Both the position numbers and the translations under genes were made by a program. From the human T2T-CHM13v2.0 reference genome, Homo sapiens, in assembly GCF_009914755.1 (NCBI RefSeq), contig NC_060937.1: a DNA stretch of 64,000 nt; one strand, given 5' to 3'. The notes under the pieces are model-generated. The model was not told the origin of the DNA. It did no database searches and worked only from the letters and a program-made list of their open reading frames with translations. Below are positions 27,721-40,904 of this stretch, in pieces; position 1 is the first letter of the stretch; the number at the start of each line of letters is the position of its first letter.

Positions 27721-28225
27721 TTGTTGAATGAGTAAATTAAAGAAAGTCCTGCAAAAGTACCCAAGAGAAACAGGGAATTGATGAATGTATTACAAGATAC
27801 TAGACACTTTGATGGAACAAAAAAATTCAATGGAGAATGCTTCTTCTCTTGTCATAAAGAAATCCGCAATATATTTGTAAAGACTAGTCACAAAGAAATA
27901 AAAATAATTAATTGTATAAGAAAGTTTATGATATCACACAATCCTAAAGAAAGGAATACTAGGATTTCATTTGTGAGAGCTAATGCCATGAAAAGTTTAA
28001 AGATATTTCTTGGGCATGAATGAACTTGAACTAGAAACAGGGAGAGATTATTCAGAATTTGATAATGGATTCCAACAAGAGGAAGGTCTGAGTTAAGTAA
28101 GAGTGAAGGAACCATACAACACATATTTAGCAGGAATGAGAGCAATTGCATCTAACATTGAGGAAAAATGCCTGGGTAGCAGCTTAGAGGGTAGGTGTGG
28201 AGGACTATGTATATCAGAATATGGA

Positions 28226-28530
<305 letters not shown>

Positions 28531-29399
28531 TGAAGATTGAACATGCTATGATGCTATGTTGAAGCATGTTTTGAATTTTTTTTAATTAAGAAAATAAAAC
28601 ACTCAATGTTCTAAGTTTAAAAGATATGAATAGAGAATTGAAGGTTTAAACAGCCATTGAAAAAACTATGAAGGTCAGGGAAGTTTCTACTGAAGATTTC
28701 AACCTTCATTTCAACATGAATTTTCTCAAAAGCACTCTGCAAAGACACTGCATTCCTCAAGAACCTCCAGAGGCCTCCCAACAATGGTGTCAGCCTGCAA
28801 CAGTGGGGTAAATAGCTTTGATCACTCGCTTGTAACTTATTTTACTTTTCCATTTACCTACATATCTTCCTGCAACTGCCCGTGGAGAATAATGGCTGCT
28901 GCTTCTCTTCCAGCTTTCATATCTTACATGAATGCCTCTTATTGGCAAGATCTAACCAAAAACCATCTAGAGAAAGGATTGCTGGATAAAAATGTTCCAC
29001 GTGTGTCCCCCAAAAGGCAGAGCTGACTTTGGAGGGAAGTAGCAATGATGACCAGTGGGAATTGACAACTCAGCAGGGAAGGAAAGATCTGGAGATGGAA
29101 GTTGACTCTGGACTTTCTGCCCATCTTTACCCAAAGCAGATCAATTCTAAAACTATACTTTGATATAATATTTAATTTGAACAGAGAATTGCATTAGTAA
29201 AATAAATTTAAAAACAGAATGAGAAACACTTAAAGACCACTGCTTTAAACACAAGTCCATTCTATCAAATATATGACAGTTATTGTCATGCCTTAATTTT
29301 ATTCTGGCATAGGCAGCCATTTTTTCAACTTTTCTTCATATTTCATAACCACATAAAATTTACTATTCTTGTTATTCTAATCTGTTTCCGTTTGCCACT

Positions 29400-29640
29400 C
29401 TCTACTGCTTTTAAAATGTTATATCCAGAATTAAGCACAAATTTCATAATATAATCTAAGAGAGTACAATGAGACTATTTCCTTCAGTGCTGCTATTCTG
29501 GTGCTATCTCTATATTCATGCAGACACAGTTTACATTAATGTTTCAGAATTAATTTTACACTTCTACCTGATGCTGAGCTCGCAATCAAAATTCTCCAGT
29601 ATTTTGCATGATTCATTGCCAAGCTGAGTCACCTTCCCAA
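29400..29640 (-). mobile_element. L3/CR1 fragment
   Basis: ccagaattaagcacaaatttc..agagtacaatgagactatttcc..gctgagctcgcaatcaaaattctccag resembles antisense L3; highly diverged. Confidence 0.45.
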
Positions 29641-31228
29641 AAGATTTCGGAATTATTTGCACAAATTCAGTAGCTGAAGCCAAATACATAAGTGAAATTT
29701 CCAAAGGAAAGATGACAAATAATAAAGAAGAGAAATATAGATAGCAAATTAAAGTCTGGGTAGACCAGACCTTTGGTCTTTGAAGATCAAGTTTACATCT
29801 AAAGAGTTTGGGCAAGAAATTTAAAAATTTTGAAAGTGTTCCTTATGTATTAAGCAATCAGACAAATAATTACAGTCAGGAGAGAAGTTAATTCTATCCC
29901 ACGTGTAGTAGAAAAAATGGAATGATTTGCTATTAAAGCAGTTAAGGAGAAAAAAAAACACACACAATATGTTTGCTTTCAAAGCACAGATTGGGTAGAT
30001 TAGATGAGAACATATGCCTGATTGGACAAGGATCAGAGGCAAATATGTGATGATAAATCACATTATCAGATGCAAAACACTCATTTTAAACTGCTGGAAC
30101 TGAAGGGACAATATAGATCTGGGAAGACAACTGGTCAGTAATTTTTCTCTAAAATGGTTACCATAAACATCTATAGAATACCAGAGCGTCACATTTTCAA
30201 AATAATTTGAAATCATTTAAATTTCAGCAGATATTATATATCACAGTCTAAGAAATAAATTAATTTAGAGTCATTCAGAATGTTGAGTACCTTAGAAATC
30301 TTCTATTTTTCTGTTTTAAATATATTTTCCTATGAAGCATACCTTTTAAAGTCTCTGAAGAAAAAAATTTGTTACTATTGTGCGATAAATTGCAGAATAG
30401 TCCAAGCAGCTGCAAGGAAAATATTTTCATTATTAAATTAATAATTTGCAACTAGACCAGAAGGGACCATTATCCCTCTGGATACGGAGGCATATTTTTC
30501 TTTGGCTTAGTTAAGCCAGGAGCTCCTAAAGTTAATGAAATGTGCCTAATTAAATGGTGGCAGTTGGACTTTGATATTTTGGTTGATGAATTATTTGTTT
30601 ACTTTGATTTGCTATGGTTCACATAATTTCAAAGGTAGCATCGTGTCTGTCATGGAAAATTTCTAAAGAAGGATTTGCCAATAGAATTACAAATTGCATA
30701 TCTTCTTCCTTTTATTTCTATATTTTCATTTAATTTAGTAATCTGCTTAAAGGATTAAAAAGGAAAAAGAAAATAATTTTGAAACTCTGTTTCAAAATGG
30801 CAATCAGAATACTTTTAAGTGGTTGACTCATTAGCAATTAGAAAAAGTGTTCAATTTGAAATAAATAGCAACCATAAAGCTTAACAATATTTATCTCATT
30901 TTAATTCTTTCTTTGAGTTGGAGACAAAAATTTCCATAAGACTTCATTAGTTGTTTCAATAATAACAATGAAGACATTAATAATATGAATAATAATATCA
31001 CAGTAAAAATAGGTAGCATTGATACAGGGCGTCTATGCCAGGCACCCATGCTATTAAATGCTTTTAGAATGATTATTTCTAGGATAGGTAATATGATGGG
31101 TATGAGACTTGTAACTGGTTATTCTATCCTAGAATGGAATTAATATTTTTAAAATCCCATGCTATAAAGTACACAAATTTAAACTGTACAATTGAAATGG
31201 CTTTTAGATTCTCTACAAAGCTGTTAAA

Positions 31229-31251
31229 TATACACACTCATATATATACAT

Positions 31252-31313
<62 letters not shown>

Positions 31314-31326
31314 GCACACACATACA
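31229..31326. repeat. Compound (TA)n(CA)n microsatellite
   Basis: About 19 uninterrupted TA units followed by a CA run. Confidence 0.95.
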
Positions 31327-31583
31327 GGGAATAAAAGGGAAAAATATAAAATAGGCTTCAATTTTTTCCATAAAATCATACTGGCATAGCCACACCAAGT
31401 ACAATATGCTGTGACGGAGAGGTTTAAAAAATGCAGAAAAATGTATAAAAGGGCAGCTGTGGAAGTGAATGTACAAAGGTAGATATGCCTGGGGCAATTT
31501 TGAAAATCAGTTTAAATAACTTTATTAATATCTATCAATATGTATATCTGTATTGCCTGTTAAGTGTGCATAAAGCCATAAAG

Positions 31584-31750
31584 AAGCTTCCTGAATGCAA
31601 CACGTGGAGGTTCCTGGAGGGTTATGTGCCCAGGGAGGGCCTGGAGCCTATGCGCCCCTCTCCTCATACCTCACCCTACACATCTCTTCATCTGTATCCT
31701 TTGCAATGTCTTTTATGATAAACCAATAAATGTAAAATAAAATAAAAAAT
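31584..31750 (+). mobile_element. MER21-type LTR fragment ending in an A-rich tail
   Basis: aacacgtggaggttcctggaggg..cagggagggcctggagc..catctcttcatctgtatcctttgcaat matches recalled MER21; the match stops just after the LTR polyadenylation region and is followed by aaataaaataaaaaataaa. Confidence 0.75.
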
Positions 31751-31962
31751 AAATCCACAAAAGAACAATAAATCCAGTATAGAATGTGTTTTTTAAAATT
31801 AGAAAATACATTATGGTACGCTATAGTTCATAACAAAAAAATGTGCCAAGCATAGAAAACTCATTTTAAACTTAAAAAACTTGCTAATGCCATGACAGTA
31901 ATTATTTTTACCTCTGATAACACAGAGTGTGTCTCCATTATTAAAACATTAAGTTTCCTTAC

Positions 31963-32159
31963 CATTGTGTAGCTGTGGGCCACCTTCATTAACTCAATGC
32001 ATCCTTGAGCATCTGCGAAGGCTCGAATTCCTAAACAGTTAGATGGATGCAAAAGCTTCATGAGGAAGTGGCAGCACACTTCCACCACCTGTGGAAGCTG
32101 AAGAAGGCACGCTGCAGCAAGAAGGTTCTCAATGGTGTCCTCTTTTAATTCCAAGCAGC
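31963..32159 (-). CDS. KLHL1: KLHL1 internal coding exon (197 bp; end of BTB and start of BACK; exon 4 by recalled numbering)
   Basis: Lies within ORF 31861..32202. Acceptor ttatgtttag|GC TGC TTG, donor ACA ATG|gtaagg. Encodes (G)[65 protein letters not shown] (2 nt + 65 codons), which matches the recalled KLHL1 sequence and joins the upstream exon in frame (YT-G-CL). Confidence 0.96.
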
Positions 32160-33000
32160 CTAAACATAAGCAAAGATAATTATGAAACTCTTTTAAAAAC
32201 ATGAAATAATATGTATCATAACACTACACAAAACATTAGGCCAATCTGCTAGAACAGATCTAAACTGAGATTGGTAATCAAGATAAATATAACTCGGTAA
32301 AGGTCACCAATTGTTTTAAGAATTTTGCATTTCGTATTTCATGTAATATTCAAAATCACTCAGTAGATACAAATGCAGTTTCAATCAACATATCTGTATA
32401 CACGTCAGCAGAAATGATAGTTCTTCCTTTGATTGTGAAATAAGGAAAATAGAAAAATAAGGTTCAGAATATATGCCTACAAACTTAGGAGAGCAGAGAT
32501 TCTCTAAGTATCTGACAAGGTATATATGTGTATATGAATATAAAATATCTATTTGTGAATATTTAACATATGTATATACATTTATAAATGCATATGTTAC
32601 AGGTTGGTAGTATTGTACTTAACCCACTGTACTCATGTTTAAAATTGTCTATAATTTTGGTTTTTAGTTTTTTCTTTGTTTTTGTTTCCCTGTTTGGTCA
32701 TTTTATCTTAAAGGCAAAAAAAAAAAAAAAAAAAAAAGGCTCTTTAGTGCTTTAGTGTTTCCTCTGTTTTTCTAATATCCAGAATAATTTTTTTAAAGGG
32801 ATCTGTTTGTCAAATGTTTATAGAACTTATCTTTGAAGTTTTATGGACTTAACTATCTGGAGTTACATTTTAATTAGTAATTCAATGAGTTAGATGATTT
32901 TATTATCATTTAGATTTACTATCTGTACCTAAGTGAGTTTTACAAGTTGTATAACTTGTATAATTGTACAATTGTATATACAATTGTATATAATTGTATA

Positions 33001-33990
33001 ACAATGAACCTAAACTATACCCTAAAACAAATGGATTTAACAAATATTTACAGAACATTCTGCCCCTAAACTGCAGAATATATGTTCTTTTCATCAGCAC
33101 AGGGAACATTCTCCAAGATAGACCAGGAACAAGTCTCAATCAATTTAAGAAAATCAAAACTGTATCAAGTATCCTCTCAGACCACAGTGGAATAAAACTC
33201 AAAATTAATTCCAAAAGGAAACCTCAAAACTATACAAATGCATGGAAGTTAATACTCTGCTCTTGAATGATCTTAGGGTCAACAATGAAATCAAGGTGGA
33301 AATTAAAAATTCTTTGATCTGAATGATAATAGTGACACAACTTATCAAAACCTGTGGTATACAGCAAAAGTGATGCTAAGAGGAAAGTTTATAGCGATAA
33401 ATGCCTATAAATGCCTATATCAAAAAGTCCGAAAGAGCACAAATAGAGAATCTAGGGTCACACCTCAAGGAACTAGAGAAACAAGAACAAACCAATCCAA
33501 AACCCAACAGAAGAAAATAAATAACAAAGATCAGAGCAGAACCAAATAAAATTAAAACAAATAAACAAAAGCAATCCAAAAGATAAATGAACCAAAAAGC
33601 TGGTTCTTTGAAAAGATAAACAAAATTCTTAGATCATTAGTGAGCTTAACCAAAAAAGAAGAGAGAAGATCCAAATAAACTCAATTAGAAATGAAATGGG
33701 AGACATTACAACTGATACTACAGAAACACAAAGGATCATTCAAGGCTGCTATGAACACCTTATGTGCACAAACTAGAAAATCTAGAGATGATGAATAAAT
33801 CCCTGGAAATATACAATCCCCCTAGATTAAATCAGAAAGAAATAAAAACTCTGAACAATCAAGTACTTAGATTGAAACAGTAATTAAAAAAACTCCCCCA
33901 AAATCCCAGGACCAGAGGGAGTCAAAGCTCAATTCTACCAGACATTCAAAGGAGAGTTGGTGCCAATCTTACTGAAACTATTCTAAAAGG
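33001..33990 (+). mobile_element. Internal L1 ORF2 fragment (endonuclease/Z region; old L1P/L1M)
   Basis: ILSDHSGIKLKINS (the EN-domain SDH motif) in ORF 32994..33266; agctggttctttgaaaagataaac and cccaggaccaga..aattctaccagacattcaaag; no 3'UTR or poly-A. Confidence 0.88.
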
Positions 33991-34489
33991 AAAATCTTAA
34001 GAATTTTAAACCTGAGAAAATAATATCCTATTTTATTCATTTTTCTGAATCTTCTAAATTTGACTAAAGCTTGAATTGTTTCATTTATATTTTCATTTAT
34101 ATATATACATATTTTTTGCCTGAGTAAAGCATACATTGCAGCTTTTAATAATCAATGGCAGCCTTTAGTGCCTACATATAAGGAATGTCTTAGTTTATTG
34201 GTGAACTTGGAAGGCAGGTTGCACTAAATTTGAAATTTGAATATAAGACTTTAGGAAAAATGTAATTTTATCTAACTCTAATTATGCTGTTATTTAATTG
34301 AAATTTAAAAGTATATTATTGCCAGTTTGTGTATATTTTTTAACTTTGTGATGTTACTACCATTTTCTCTTAGATTTCTCCTTTTCATCATGAATAGTTT
34401 TATGACATAATAAAAAGTTATCTGCTTTCAAAACTTTTGGACAGAATATTTATTAAGAAAGTCCTTTATGCATAATAACTATTTTTTCC

Positions 34490-35200
34490 ATATCAAATTT
34501 TGTTTTCTGAAATTTTTTAAACCTATAATAATTTGCAAAACCCACCCATATACCCTTCATCTGGCTTCACCCAGTGTTAACATTTTGCTATATGTATGTG
34601 TATGTGTGTATTTATGTTGTAGCTGCAAAATTACTTGAGAGCTACTTTCAGCCATCACATGTCACCCCTAAATGCTTCAGCATCTATCAGCTAAGAACAA
34701 AGGTATTCTCCAACAGAGTGGCAATATAATTATCATATATGAAATTTATATATTTGCTATGACATACACTTTCCCAAATGTTCAAATAGTTTGCTGTGTA
34801 GCTTTCTTTGATTTTTTAATTCAAGAGCTCATCAAGGATTATATGTTACATTTACTTGTGGTGTTCCTTTAGATTCCTTTTATCTAGAACTGTTCCTCTG
34901 CCATTTTTTCATCTATAAATTTATGTTGGTGAAGAATCCATACTAGTTGTTCTGCAGAATTCCTCCTTTTGGACTTATATTATTTCCCCTTTATTAGATT
35001 ATGGTGAAGTTTTTTTCTTTTTTCTTTTTTGCAAGGACACCGTATAGGTGATCTTGTACCCTGCTCCATCATGATCAAGAGGCTCATGATGTCAGTGTGT
35101 CCCATTTTTGGTGGCTTTGAGTGTCATACAATGTTTTAGGCAGTATCTGACAGATTTCTTCATTTAATTTTTTTATAATTAAAGAAGAATTTGTTGGATG
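34490..35200 (-). mobile_element. L1ME/L1MC 3' fragment
   Basis: acccatatacccttcatctggcttcacccagtgttaacattttgc..cccctaaatgcttcagcat..aagaacaaaggtattctc resembles an antisense L1M 3'UTR. Confidence 0.55.
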
Positions 35201-35918
35201 ATAGATGGCTTTGCTTTCAAATATGACAACATGGTTAATAGATAAAAAAGACTATTATATTTTATTTATGACTTTCACTGAAAGTAAGACAGTAAAGAAA
35301 TCTAAAGCATGCCTCCAAGCATAAAAGTGAGCTGATGAAGGAAAAAGAAGAGCAGATACACTGCAGAAAACAGGTTGGAAAATACAGTGATTAGAGTAAT
35401 ATGAAAATATGTTTATTATATATTAAAATATAGATTTGAATGATTTTAAGACTGATTACATGAGTACTATTGATATATATTTTAAGGTTTGTGAAATACC
35501 ATAGCAAGCATGAGCAAAAAGTATTCTATAGGTTACAGAAACCTATATTTGTATATCAATTTTTGTTTCTTTTTGAAATGTGTATCTGCTGTTATAAAAA
35601 TAAAGTTAAAATAGAGAAAATAATACAAACACATTAAAATCTGTTATTAATTTTAAACTGATTATAACACTTTTTTATTCATATATACCCTTCAACATAT
35701 TGTTTTGACTTAAAACTTCAGAGGAATTTTACCTAAATTGTTCAGTAAAGTTGTCAAGAAGACGGTTGCATGCTTCTTAGCATAGATCTTGAGAGAAAAT
35801 CAGACGGAAGACCTACATGCTGATGGCATGGTTTCTATTGACTTCATTTTACTGTGATTTTAGAATATTGGGAAGGTGACTTCCTGTAATCTAATTAACT
35901 ATTTCTCTCAATATAATT

Positions 35919-36468
35919 TATGCAGAAAAGAATGAGCACAGCAGACCTGAACTACTACCATCCTCTGAAAGGCCTGCTTTCAAGGTTTGTTCCAGCTGGT
36001 ATTTGAGAACTTAGATTTCAAGAGGATTCTCATCATTAACTGATAAAATCGACTCACTGTGCCTAAACTGTACAAACAATATGGTATATGAGCAACACCT
36101 TTTTTCCCTTCTGGGAGTCTGAAATTTTGTTCTGTGTTAGATGCAGGCCTATGCGATCAACACCTAATAAAACTCCAGGCACTGAATCTCTAGTGAGCTT
36201 CCTTGGTTGACATTTCACACACTTTGTCACAACTTATTGAAGGTAAAATTAAGTATCTTCAGTGGGACTCCACTGGAAGGGAACCCTTGGAAGTCTGTAC
36301 CTGGTTTCATTTGGCCTTCGCCCCATAGGTAGTTTACCTTTTCTGATTGTGTTATGTATTATTTTGCCGTAACAATTCATAGCCATTTGTAAAACTACAT
36401 GCTGAGTCTTGTGAAGTATCCCAGTTCATCACTGAACGGGGCGTTAGTCTTGGGGATCACCCAACATA
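35919..36468 (+). mobile_element. MER68-like ERVL solo LTR
   Basis: Start tgcagaaaagaatgagcacagcagacctga..aaaggcctgc, internal ctcactgtgcctaaactgtacaaacaatatgg, end gtcttggggatcacccaaca. Confidence 0.75.
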
Positions 36469-36888
36469 GCATTCTAATCAGAAGTCCTGAGATGGTAGGG
36501 GAATGTAGAGACATGCTGTGCTTAGAAGCTCAAAGATCAATATTGCTAAGATTTCATTTCACACCAAATTAATCTATAGATGTACTACAATAACATTTAG
36601 AATCCCAGTAGACTTTCTGTGAAAATTGCAAAACTGATTATAAAATTCATATGGAAATACACGGACCTATATAATCCAAACAATTCTGAAAAATAACAAA
36701 GTGAGAATAAGAGCACTACCTGATTTTAAGACTGATTACAAAGTTCATGCAAAGGCACAAAAGTCATTTGAGAAAAGATTGTCTTTGAATGAGTCAGATA
36801 TGTGTACAAAAACTTGTATTTGATGTATACCCCAAATGATATACAAAATTTACTCAAAATGGATCACGAAGCTAAATTCAAACATTAA

Positions 36889-37195
<307 letters not shown>

Positions 37196-37309
37196 GCTAT
37201 AAAACTTCTATAACCAAACTTTGTTAATTAAAAATTTATTTGATAAAATATCAAAAACATAATTTCTCAAAGAACAAATGGGGAAACTAGACTTCATATA
37301 ATTCCCTGC

Positions 37310-37397
37310 AAGACTGAGCTAAGATCATGCCACTGCACTCCAGCCTGAGTGACAGAATGAGACCCTGCCTCTAGTTAAAAGAAAGAAAAAAAAAAAG
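37310..37397 (+). mobile_element. 5'-truncated Alu (3' end of right arm with A-tail)
   Basis: gagctaagatcatgccactgcactccagcctgagtgacagaatgagaccctgcctc followed by an A-rich tail. Confidence 0.8.
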
Positions 37398-38435
37398 CCA
37401 CTGTAAGATATATTATTAAAGGAATAAAAAGATGAACCATAAACCAGGAAAAAAGTTTGCAAATCATATCTGATAAAATATTATATACGGAATATATAAA
37501 GAATTTTCGAACTAAATTTTTAAAAAACTGGGCAAATGATTCATACAGACATCCCACAAAAGAAAATATATGAACAAAAAATGCTCAATATTATCAGTGC
37601 TTCAGAAAATGCACATTACAAACACAATGACATGCCACAACACCTCTATTAGAACTGCTTGTGGAAATGTGAAATGGTACAACTACTTTAGAAAACAATT
37701 CTGCAGTTTTATCTCTCCTATGATTCAGCCATTCTGCTCCTAGATGTTTGCTCAAGAGTAAAGGAAGAATATGCTGATACAAAGTCTGTACATGAATGTT
37801 TGCAGAAAATTTATTTTGCAATGGCCAAGAACTGGAAAGAACTAAAATGTTACATGACAGGTAAATAAATAAACAAAATTAGAGTATGCTTATTCAATGG
37901 AATACTTCATAATAATAAAAATAAAATAATTATTGATTATGAAATACCATGGTTACTTATGTTGAGTGCAAGATAATTAGGCTGAGTGAAAGAAACCAGA
38001 CAGAAAATAAACACAGACTCTATGATTAACTTCAAAATTCTTGAAAATCCCAAAAAATCTGGTATGTAAGGAGTCAGATCACTGATGCTTATGTACTAGG
38101 TGGGGATAAGGAAGAACAACAAGATAGATTGCAAAAGGACATGAGAAAACATTTGACGATTATAGATATATTCATTACTTTGTGGTGAGTATATACATAA
38201 GCCAAACTTATCAAATTATACATTTTGTATATGTGCAGTTTATTATATCTTGATTATTCATCAATAAAGCTTTAAAAAAGAATACTCAACTGTATTTTCA
38301 AAATATATTTAATAAATGATTTGAGTTGACAAGTAGATAGAAACATTTTCTGAGTGCTTAAATGCAAAGAAAAATCAAACAAATATATGATATTATAATT
38401 TACATTGAGGATTGTGATTTTTTTTCTTCTTTGTT

Positions 38436-38736
38436 CTCCTTTTTTTTCTTTTTGAGACAAGGTCTTATTCTGTCATCTGGGCTGAAGGGCAGTGGCATGA
38501 TCCTAGCTCACTGCATGCTTGAACTCCTGGGCTCAAGTTATCCTCTTGCCTCAGCCTCCCACGTAGGTGAGATTACAGGCATGCACCACTAGGTTCAGCT
38601 ATTTATTTTTATTTTTGTAGCAATTAGGTGTTGCTATGTTGCCCAGGCTAGTCTAGAACTCCTGGCCCCAAGCCATCCTCTTGCTCTGGACTCCCAAATT
38701 GTTGTGATTTACAGGCATGAGCTACCATGCCTGGCC
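38436..38736 (-). mobile_element. AluJ
   Basis: tttgagacaaggtctt..ctagctcactgcatgcttgaactcctgggctcaag..ttgctatgttgcccaggct..gcctggcc. Confidence 0.88.
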
Positions 38737-38805
38737 AATAATTTTTCTGAATGTTTGCAATATATAAAACATGATTATAGTCATGACAAGTCACATATGG
38801 TATTA

Positions 38806-38884
38806 TTAGGTTGGTACAAAAGTAATTGTGGGTTTTGTCATTACTTTCAACGGGAAAATTGCAATTACTTTTGTACCAACTTAT
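38806..38884. mobile_element. MADE1 (Hsmar1-derived mariner MITE)
   Basis: ~80-bp palindrome ttaggttggtacaaaagtaattg..caattacttttgtaccaactta, preceded by TA. Confidence 0.9.
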
Positions 38885-38938
38885 CATATGAAAAACATAT
38901 TTTTAATATCTTAAAAACTTGAGCCTGCCATACAAAAT

Positions 38939-38950
38939 TGTGTGTGTGTG

Positions 38951-38987
<37 letters not shown>
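38939..38987. repeat. (TG)n microsatellite
   Basis: About 23 TG units with one interruption. Confidence 0.95.
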
Positions 38988-38989
<2 letters not shown>

Positions 38990-40019
38990 GATCTTCTTCC
39001 TATTCCGTCACTGTGGCTAATTCTTGTGTGTTTCCATCACCCCTTGTGAACATTCTGAACCCTGTTGATATCTCTATTATACTCTCTTCCTTTAAGCTCT
39101 TTCAGTGTTTCATTTGTTTTCTGCTGGGACTCTGACTGATAAAGTGAATATTGGATGTGGACAGTGAGGAATAAAATCCCAGAGGATTCCACATAGTTTG
39201 GCTTGGGTGTTCAGGCAAATGGTGTATAATTGACCATTTATATTGGAAAAGTATATTACTATATTTCTTTATATGTGTGTGTATTTTTACTTCCCAGATC
39301 AACACTTGAAAAAAGATCCAGAGGCAGTATGTCAATGTAATAACTTACAGGGTTTTTACGACATTTTCTTGAAACATATTTATTCAGTCTAAATTCAAAC
39401 CCTTGATAATAATACACTTCATAATAATTTAGACAGATTTTTTTTCAGATCATCTCTCAATTATTTCCCCAAAAAAGAAAAAAAAAGAATTTTCACAAGA
39501 TATATGTAGAATAATATTTTTATTTATTGCTAGCTTTGGAGGTTAAGTATTATAACCATTGTTTTTCTCAAAGAGTTTTAATATTTTATTTTCTAAAACT
39601 TGGACTATATCCAATGAAAGAATCCATTTGTTAAAGCCAGAAGGCACAAATGGAATATTAGCCAGTGTCAAGCTTCAATGCACACAAATTAAGCTACCTC
39701 ATGCATGCTGTATTTCTCGGCCAGACCTAGATGTAAAAAGGCAAAAAGCAGCCAAGTATTTGACTTAAAAGTTAACTTTTAAAAAAGCATGAAAACTGCT
39801 AATGGAAAGAAAAGTAATTCTACATTTTCATTCACAGTTGATTTCAAGGCATAACGTTCTCAAATAAGCTTACTAAAAGGGAAAACCTACATGTTTTTAG
39901 TTAGATGCCATAGAAAACTGGCTTAAAAATACATGATAGCCATATTAAACTTGATATACGTAAGAAGTCAATGTTTCTAACAAAAGACAACTTTTAGAGA
40001 TTGTTTTCAAAAAAAAATG

Positions 40020-40420
40020 AAATGTTTATAATCTCTCTTAGCAAGTCCAGAGGAACTTTGTCTCCAGAGTTAATTAATGAGACGGTCAACACATCATAAG
40101 GAAACAGGCATCTCAAGTGACTTCCTCAATTTCTCTCATAGTTGCCATAGTTTCAGGTTTCAGATTCAGACAGGAAAGCACGTAGCAGAAGAGTAACTAT
40201 TTCTTTATGTATATATCTCTTACATCAGTGAAGAAACTTTTACCAAAGAATCCCCAGAAATTTTTCTCCATGCTGCCTTGGCAAAAATTGTGTCACATAA
40301 TCATGCCTAACTCTATCATTATGAAAGGGGTGAAACACAAATAATTGGTTTTGATCCTATAAACTGCTTATAAAATTGGAGTCACCCTCCTCTGATTCAA
40401 GTGGGGGACTAAACGGGGAA
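40020..40420 (-). mobile_element. Old MaLR (MLT1-type) LTR fragment
   Basis: ttggcaaaaattgtgtcacataatcatgcctaactctatcattatgaaggggtg resembles MLT1; highly diverged. Confidence 0.4.
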
Positions 40421-40904
40421 TACTTTTTAAATAGGGTTCCAATAAGGTGTGCTACATTTATCTACAATCACATCTTAAGTAAATGCTAAGGCCACTAAAT
40501 CTTCCAAATATGTATGAGTAGACTTAAACTCTGTTTTTCTATAAGATATTTGAATTTATACTGCATTGACATAAAAATATGTAAAATAGAATGGGAAGGA
40601 AAAAGTGAAGTTTATAGAAGAATATGTATCAATGTGGTTCTATTTCTTATTAGACACATCATCCCCTATTAACAAATGCACAGAGTATCCATCTTTCATC
40701 TACAAAGTCTGTTATATTGAAAATGTATATTTCCAAAGGTATTGTTTTAGGAATGTGCATTCTACCAGAAAAGTGCAAAAACTGCCTATAAAATTCACAA
40801 CGTAAATCAAATTTTATCTATCATCATTCTGTTAAATTGAAGAAGAAACAATATCAATGTCACTCTAGAAATTCAAACCTCAAAATTGACATTTTTAGTA
40901 ACTC

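Noticed and set aside
31861-32202. 113-aa ORF as a stand-alone gene
   Set aside because: Only 31963-32159 is exon; the flanking residues are read-through past canonical splice sites.
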